Shown piece after piece: positions 60,301-64,000 of a stretch of DNA of 64,000 nt. The translations under genes were made by a program, and so were the position numbers. Where the stretch lies: positions 23,644,015 to 23,708,014 of the forward strand of contig OZ316893.1 of the NCBI GenBank assembly GCA_973895155.1, in the 5' to 3' direction. Numbering within the stretch: position 1 is the stretch's first letter; each line of letters starts with the position of its first letter. Source of the DNA: Marsupella aquatica. Its lineage: Eukaryota > Plantae > Marchantiophyta. The notes under the pieces were generated by a model. It searched no databases, was not told the DNA's origin, and was given only the letters and a program-made list of their open reading frames with translations.

Positions 60301-61154
60301 TCGGCGATGGGGGTTGGCTAGGCTGAGACTGAGACTGAAGCTGAGCCTGAGTCTGCATTGGTGCAGGTACGGGTATGGGGTTGACTGGGCCGGCGCCGGC
60401 GGTTGAGGGTCTAGTTCCCATGAAGCTCTGCAGGTGCTGGTAGAAGTTCTCCGAAGCAAGTGCAGACGGCCTTGTCAAACGGGTAGTGCTGGACTCGCTA
60501 TTGATGATAGCCCGAACCTGAGCAGGGATGTGGTCGAAGTGATGTCGTTGCAAGTTGATCGTACCCGAGATATTGAAGACCTTGTCCGGAAGCCGAAGCA
60601 ATGCTTCCCAGAAACTGATATATTTGTCTCCGTTGAAGAAGTACCCAGATACCTCTGCTGGTCAGTAAAGCTCGCTCTGAGACGGGTAGTCAAAGTTAAG
60701 GATATAGTGGTGTCGTCCTGCTAGGCGGATGGCTCTCTCATACTCGCGTTTGATTTCGTATCGGCGCGGGTTGGCGTGTTTCAATGAGTCGGCCAAGTGT
60801 CTTCCGGTAGATAGGAACTGCGTCCAGAATCAAATGGCCAAACTGGAGAGGATCGTGTGCGACATTCAGAGGAGATAGCAGTGGCGACTAAGAGAGAAAG
60901 AGAGAGCTGGGATCGAAGCTAGCGCGTGGACTGATGGACTGGTGAACTACAAAGGGTCGGCTCCCTTTTTATACCTTGAGGGCTGGTCGATCACCCGACG
61001 TCTCCTCATTGCCTATAGGCTGAACCGTTCACGCTTGTAGTGTACCGGCCACTCCGCCGGTCTGAGTCAGCGCGTGTCAGTGGCCACTTTCCTAAGTTCG
61101 TTATACGGACCCGAGGGAGGGGCCCCTCCACGCTTGCAACCCGGGTGTGCGAAT
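57320..61154 (-). mobile_element. Solo-LTR-like family A, second copy (about 180 bp missing at one end)
   Basis: Reverse-complement homolog of ~17138-20977, starting TGTCAC at 57320. Degenerate ORF pieces at 58193-60601. Confidence 0.88.
58214..60421 (-). pseudogene. Family-A accessory ORF, frameshifted
   Basis: ORFs 59489..60262, 59206..59433, 58714..59193 and 58193..58957 match the 677-aa ORF at 18048. Confidence 0.8.
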
Positions 61155-61182
61155 GGAGACACCCTAAAGTAGTGGGGCCTAC

Positions 61183-61833
61183 ATGAACTACTTGAGAAAG
61201 TTCATGGAAATCTTCATTGATGACTTTGTAGTGTTTGGGAAGGCATCAAAGCATGCTAAATACCTCAGGAAAACCTTCATGAGATGCAGAGAGGTAGGTC
61301 TCAAGTTACACCCAGATAAATGTTTCTTTGGAGTAACAGAGGGTGTGCTACTAGGTCACAAGGTATCAAAGAAGGGCATTGAGATTGATAAGGGTAAACT
61401 AGCAGTGTGGCTAGATATCATGCAACCTAAGAAAAAAAAGAATGTAAGATCCTTCTTAGGATGCATTGGTTATTATTGCCGGTTCATCAAGGATTTTGCC
61501 AAGCTAGCTTTACCATTAACCAACATGCTCAAGGCAGGTGCAGACTTCGAACCCACACCAGAACGAGTAACAGCAGTGGTGGAATTGAAGCAGATGTTAG
61601 TGGAGGCCCCCGTCATGATAGCACCAGACTGGAACAAGGATTTTCATGTCTTTGTAGATGTCTCAGGCTTCTGTATCGGCTCAGTACTAAGTCAGTTAGA
61701 TGAGAAAGGAAGGGACCATCCCATATACTTTGCAAGCCGCCAACTTGCCGATGCCGAACGGAACTACTCCACCACAGAAAGAGAAGCTTTAGGAGTAATT
61801 TATTCATGTAAAAAGTTTAGGCATTATTTACTA
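61183..61833 (+). pseudogene. Ty3/gypsy pol fragment (RT C-terminus + RNase H)
   Basis: FMEIFIDDFVVF, LKLHPDKCFF, LLGHKVS, VRSFLGCIGYYCRFIKDF, FHVFVDVSG, PIYFASRQL..AERNYSTTEREALGVIYS..KFRHYLL. Confidence 0.95.
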
Positions 61834-62819
61834 AAGTCTTTATTAGGTTGCAGCGATCATTGTGTACAATGTGTAGACAGAAATTGTATGTGTGGAACGT
61901 ATTCTTGTGGACTCATTATGTGGTCATTATATATGTACAGGCAAACCAGGAAGAAGTTTTGTGTGCTCAAGGAACCCGGTCGACGAGAAGTAACCAGTCC
62001 CAGGCTTCTGGAGACTCCAATATAGTAAGCATATACTGAGAAGTTTTGCACGATTCTGTAAATAATCATTTATAGCTTGTCATTGGTGTACTACCATATT
62101 TTAAAAATCTCACCAAAGACTGTAACTTTTGCAGAATTTTGAAAAGCTCACCAAGGACGCCAAACTAGTATTGTGCATGAGAGTCATGGGTTTGATGAAG
62201 ACCTGCGAAGTGGAGGCCAAATGCGCACGTTTGTAGCAGATACAAACAAGCGGTCAAAGACTACCCCCAAGCCATTCACCAAACACGCTCAGAAGAATGC
62301 ATCAGAGTTATTGGACATGGTGGCCAGGTGGATTGTAGAGCATAATGTAGTGATCGTTACACATCTTCAGGCTTTAAATGCCGATGGCCAACAAAGAATC
62401 TTCCCTGAAAATGCTATGAAGAAAGCCGGGGAAGAGGTATAGTACTCACTACATAGATAGCTTACCTGCATCGCTCTATATATGAACGGCACAAGCTAGA
62501 CAGGTTATGAATATGATTGCATTATATATTGACCAAGGGCCACCACTAGTTGCTTCGTGTTTCACATATATATATAGAGATGGGAGTTGCTAACGTACTT
62601 AGTTTCTAATGTACAAATGAATGCTACTTAACTCACTATGATCTTATTTACAACGCTATGAGGAAATGATTCAAAACCATATTAGAAATTTGATTTGCGT
62701 AAGCTGGGCCCAATAAAGAACCTTACATTCACGATACCCATCGACATTTCATGGTATTCATTGGCAATATGACTGTATGGTTTTTGATGCAATTCATCTG
62801 GGGATGCCAGACATTTTTA

Positions 62820-63760
62820 ATACCCCATTGGTAATACATAAGGATCCCCCAATACCCCACAATACATAGGCGTTACATCGTGAATCCCCGCTTCAATGTA
62901 GGTAATTTGGACGATGCGGATGCACATTATCCTGGAATTTGACGATGCAGATGCAATTTGACGCAGCAAGAAGCCTGGAATCAAAAATACCCTACAAATA
63001 CCCCACGGTATGCAGGTAAAAGGTCAAGTGCAAGCTAGAGGGATACCAAAGGAGTCCCCAAGGACTAGCTCAAAAAGGAGAGGGGAAGGACTAGAAATGT
63101 CATTAAGATTTAGTTGAGCACACTCCCAAAAAGGTAGGGCACACTTCCAAACGATTGGAGGCACTGCCAACAATGTTGTGCACACTTCCAAAAAGATTGG
63201 GCACACTTCTAGAATTCCCAAACATTTGGCATGCATGATCTAACCTTTCAATCTCACCAAAACAATCCTGGCCATTCCATGTAATATTTTGGTCTTTTTG
63301 TCCTCTAGTGATTGCTTTTACCAAGGACCTATGTCCTTTTGGTGGAGAAAATGGAGATCCTTTCAGTACCCCTCTAGCTTGCACTTGACCAAAATGCACA
63401 AGGAATCCCCGCTTCGACATAGGAAATCTGGACATTGAAGATGCATATCATCTTGCAAACCTCCAGGGCTATTAGCGAAACGAAGCCACTTGGAGAGTGC
63501 CAATTGGAAGTGGCATACTGAATACCCCAACGATACCCCACAGTATGCGGGTAATATGCACAAAGAATCCCCACTTTACCACAAGAAATTTGGATGGTGG
63601 AGATGCATATCATCCTGCACACCTCCAGGGCTGCCAGCGAAGCCACCTGGAGAGCAGCCATTGGACGCTGACAACCCAAATACCCCAGAGATACCCAAAT
63701 GTATGCGGGTAATATGCACACGGAATCCCCACTTAGCCACAGAAAAATTGGATGGTGTCG
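62820..63760. repeat. Degenerate tandem repeat region, interrupted by a MITE
   Basis: Recurrent ATACCCCACAGTATGCGGGTAATATGCACA.GGAATCCCC and GATGCATATCATC.TGCA.ACCTCCAGGGCT blocks. Confidence 0.7.
63022..63390. mobile_element. MITE, 369 bp
   Basis: TIR GGTCAAGTGCAAGCTAGAGGG(A/G)TAC (24/25), 4-bp TSD AAAA (63018-63021 and 63391-63394), internal GCACACTTCC sub-repeats. Confidence 0.85.
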
Positions 63761-64000
63761 GGGGAATCTTTAGTTCTTGGGAAGCACCGAGCTCTTGTTT
63801 TTCCTATCTTGGAAGAAACCTTTCCAAAATACGTCTTTTCCACCTCACATTACCCTTGCGATCTCCTTTGTCGATCAATTTCTCTCACCGTTATCCTCTA
63901 AAATATCTCTTACAGCCTTTGTCCCACTCTACGATGAGCGGCTTCCTCACACTAAGCCTCGAATCGGCCTATCCTCTTTCCACATAACTTACTTCCCAAG

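Noticed and set aside
62173-62442. Possible hAT transposase remnant
   Set aside because: Too short, and the resemblance is too weak to support.
546-63987. Numerous short antisense or overlapping ORFs in the ORF track
   Set aside because: They are shadow frames of the TE genes or repeats described above and have no independent motifs.

Overview
Eukaryotic, land-plant-like heterochromatin (GT-AG introns, CACTA element, TTTAGGG repeats; a non-seed plant such as a bryophyte is my inference). The window is almost entirely nested transposons, and most boundaries can be read from TIRs and TSDs. (i) A Mutator-like element has a GCM/WRKY-like Zn finger-DDE-SWIM transposase (16921-25406) and a divergent ParB/Srx-like gene (16062 to 458). 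It is interrupted by a 13.3-kb CACTA element (1402-14742, carrying tandem-BRCT and EDM2-type PHD cargo), a 4-kb ORF-bearing solo-LTR-like unit, a MITE and a Sola-like element. (ii) Two complete Sola-like (DUF7869-type) DNA transposons with AACA...TGTT termini and 4-bp TSDs (25986-34146 and 40726-50798) each carry an intron-containing gene fusing a ParB-like domain to a prokaryotic beta-class N6A/N4C DNA methyltransferase. (iii) A second ORF-bearing solo-LTR-like family is nested into itself. (iv) The end of the window has a telomere-containing satellite, a Ty3/gypsy RT-RNaseH fragment and a MITE. Main observation: each of the three ParB-carrying elements has its own 14-15-bp palindrome (TAGCGCCNGGCGCTA, TCATGAATTCATGA, CGATAAATTTATCG), mostly in introns and intergenic DNA and partly amplified in tandem repeats. 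This suggests a transposon-encoded ParB/parS-like self-recognition and DNA-marking (possibly anti-silencing) system. Domain calls come from motif recognition by eye; no searches were run.
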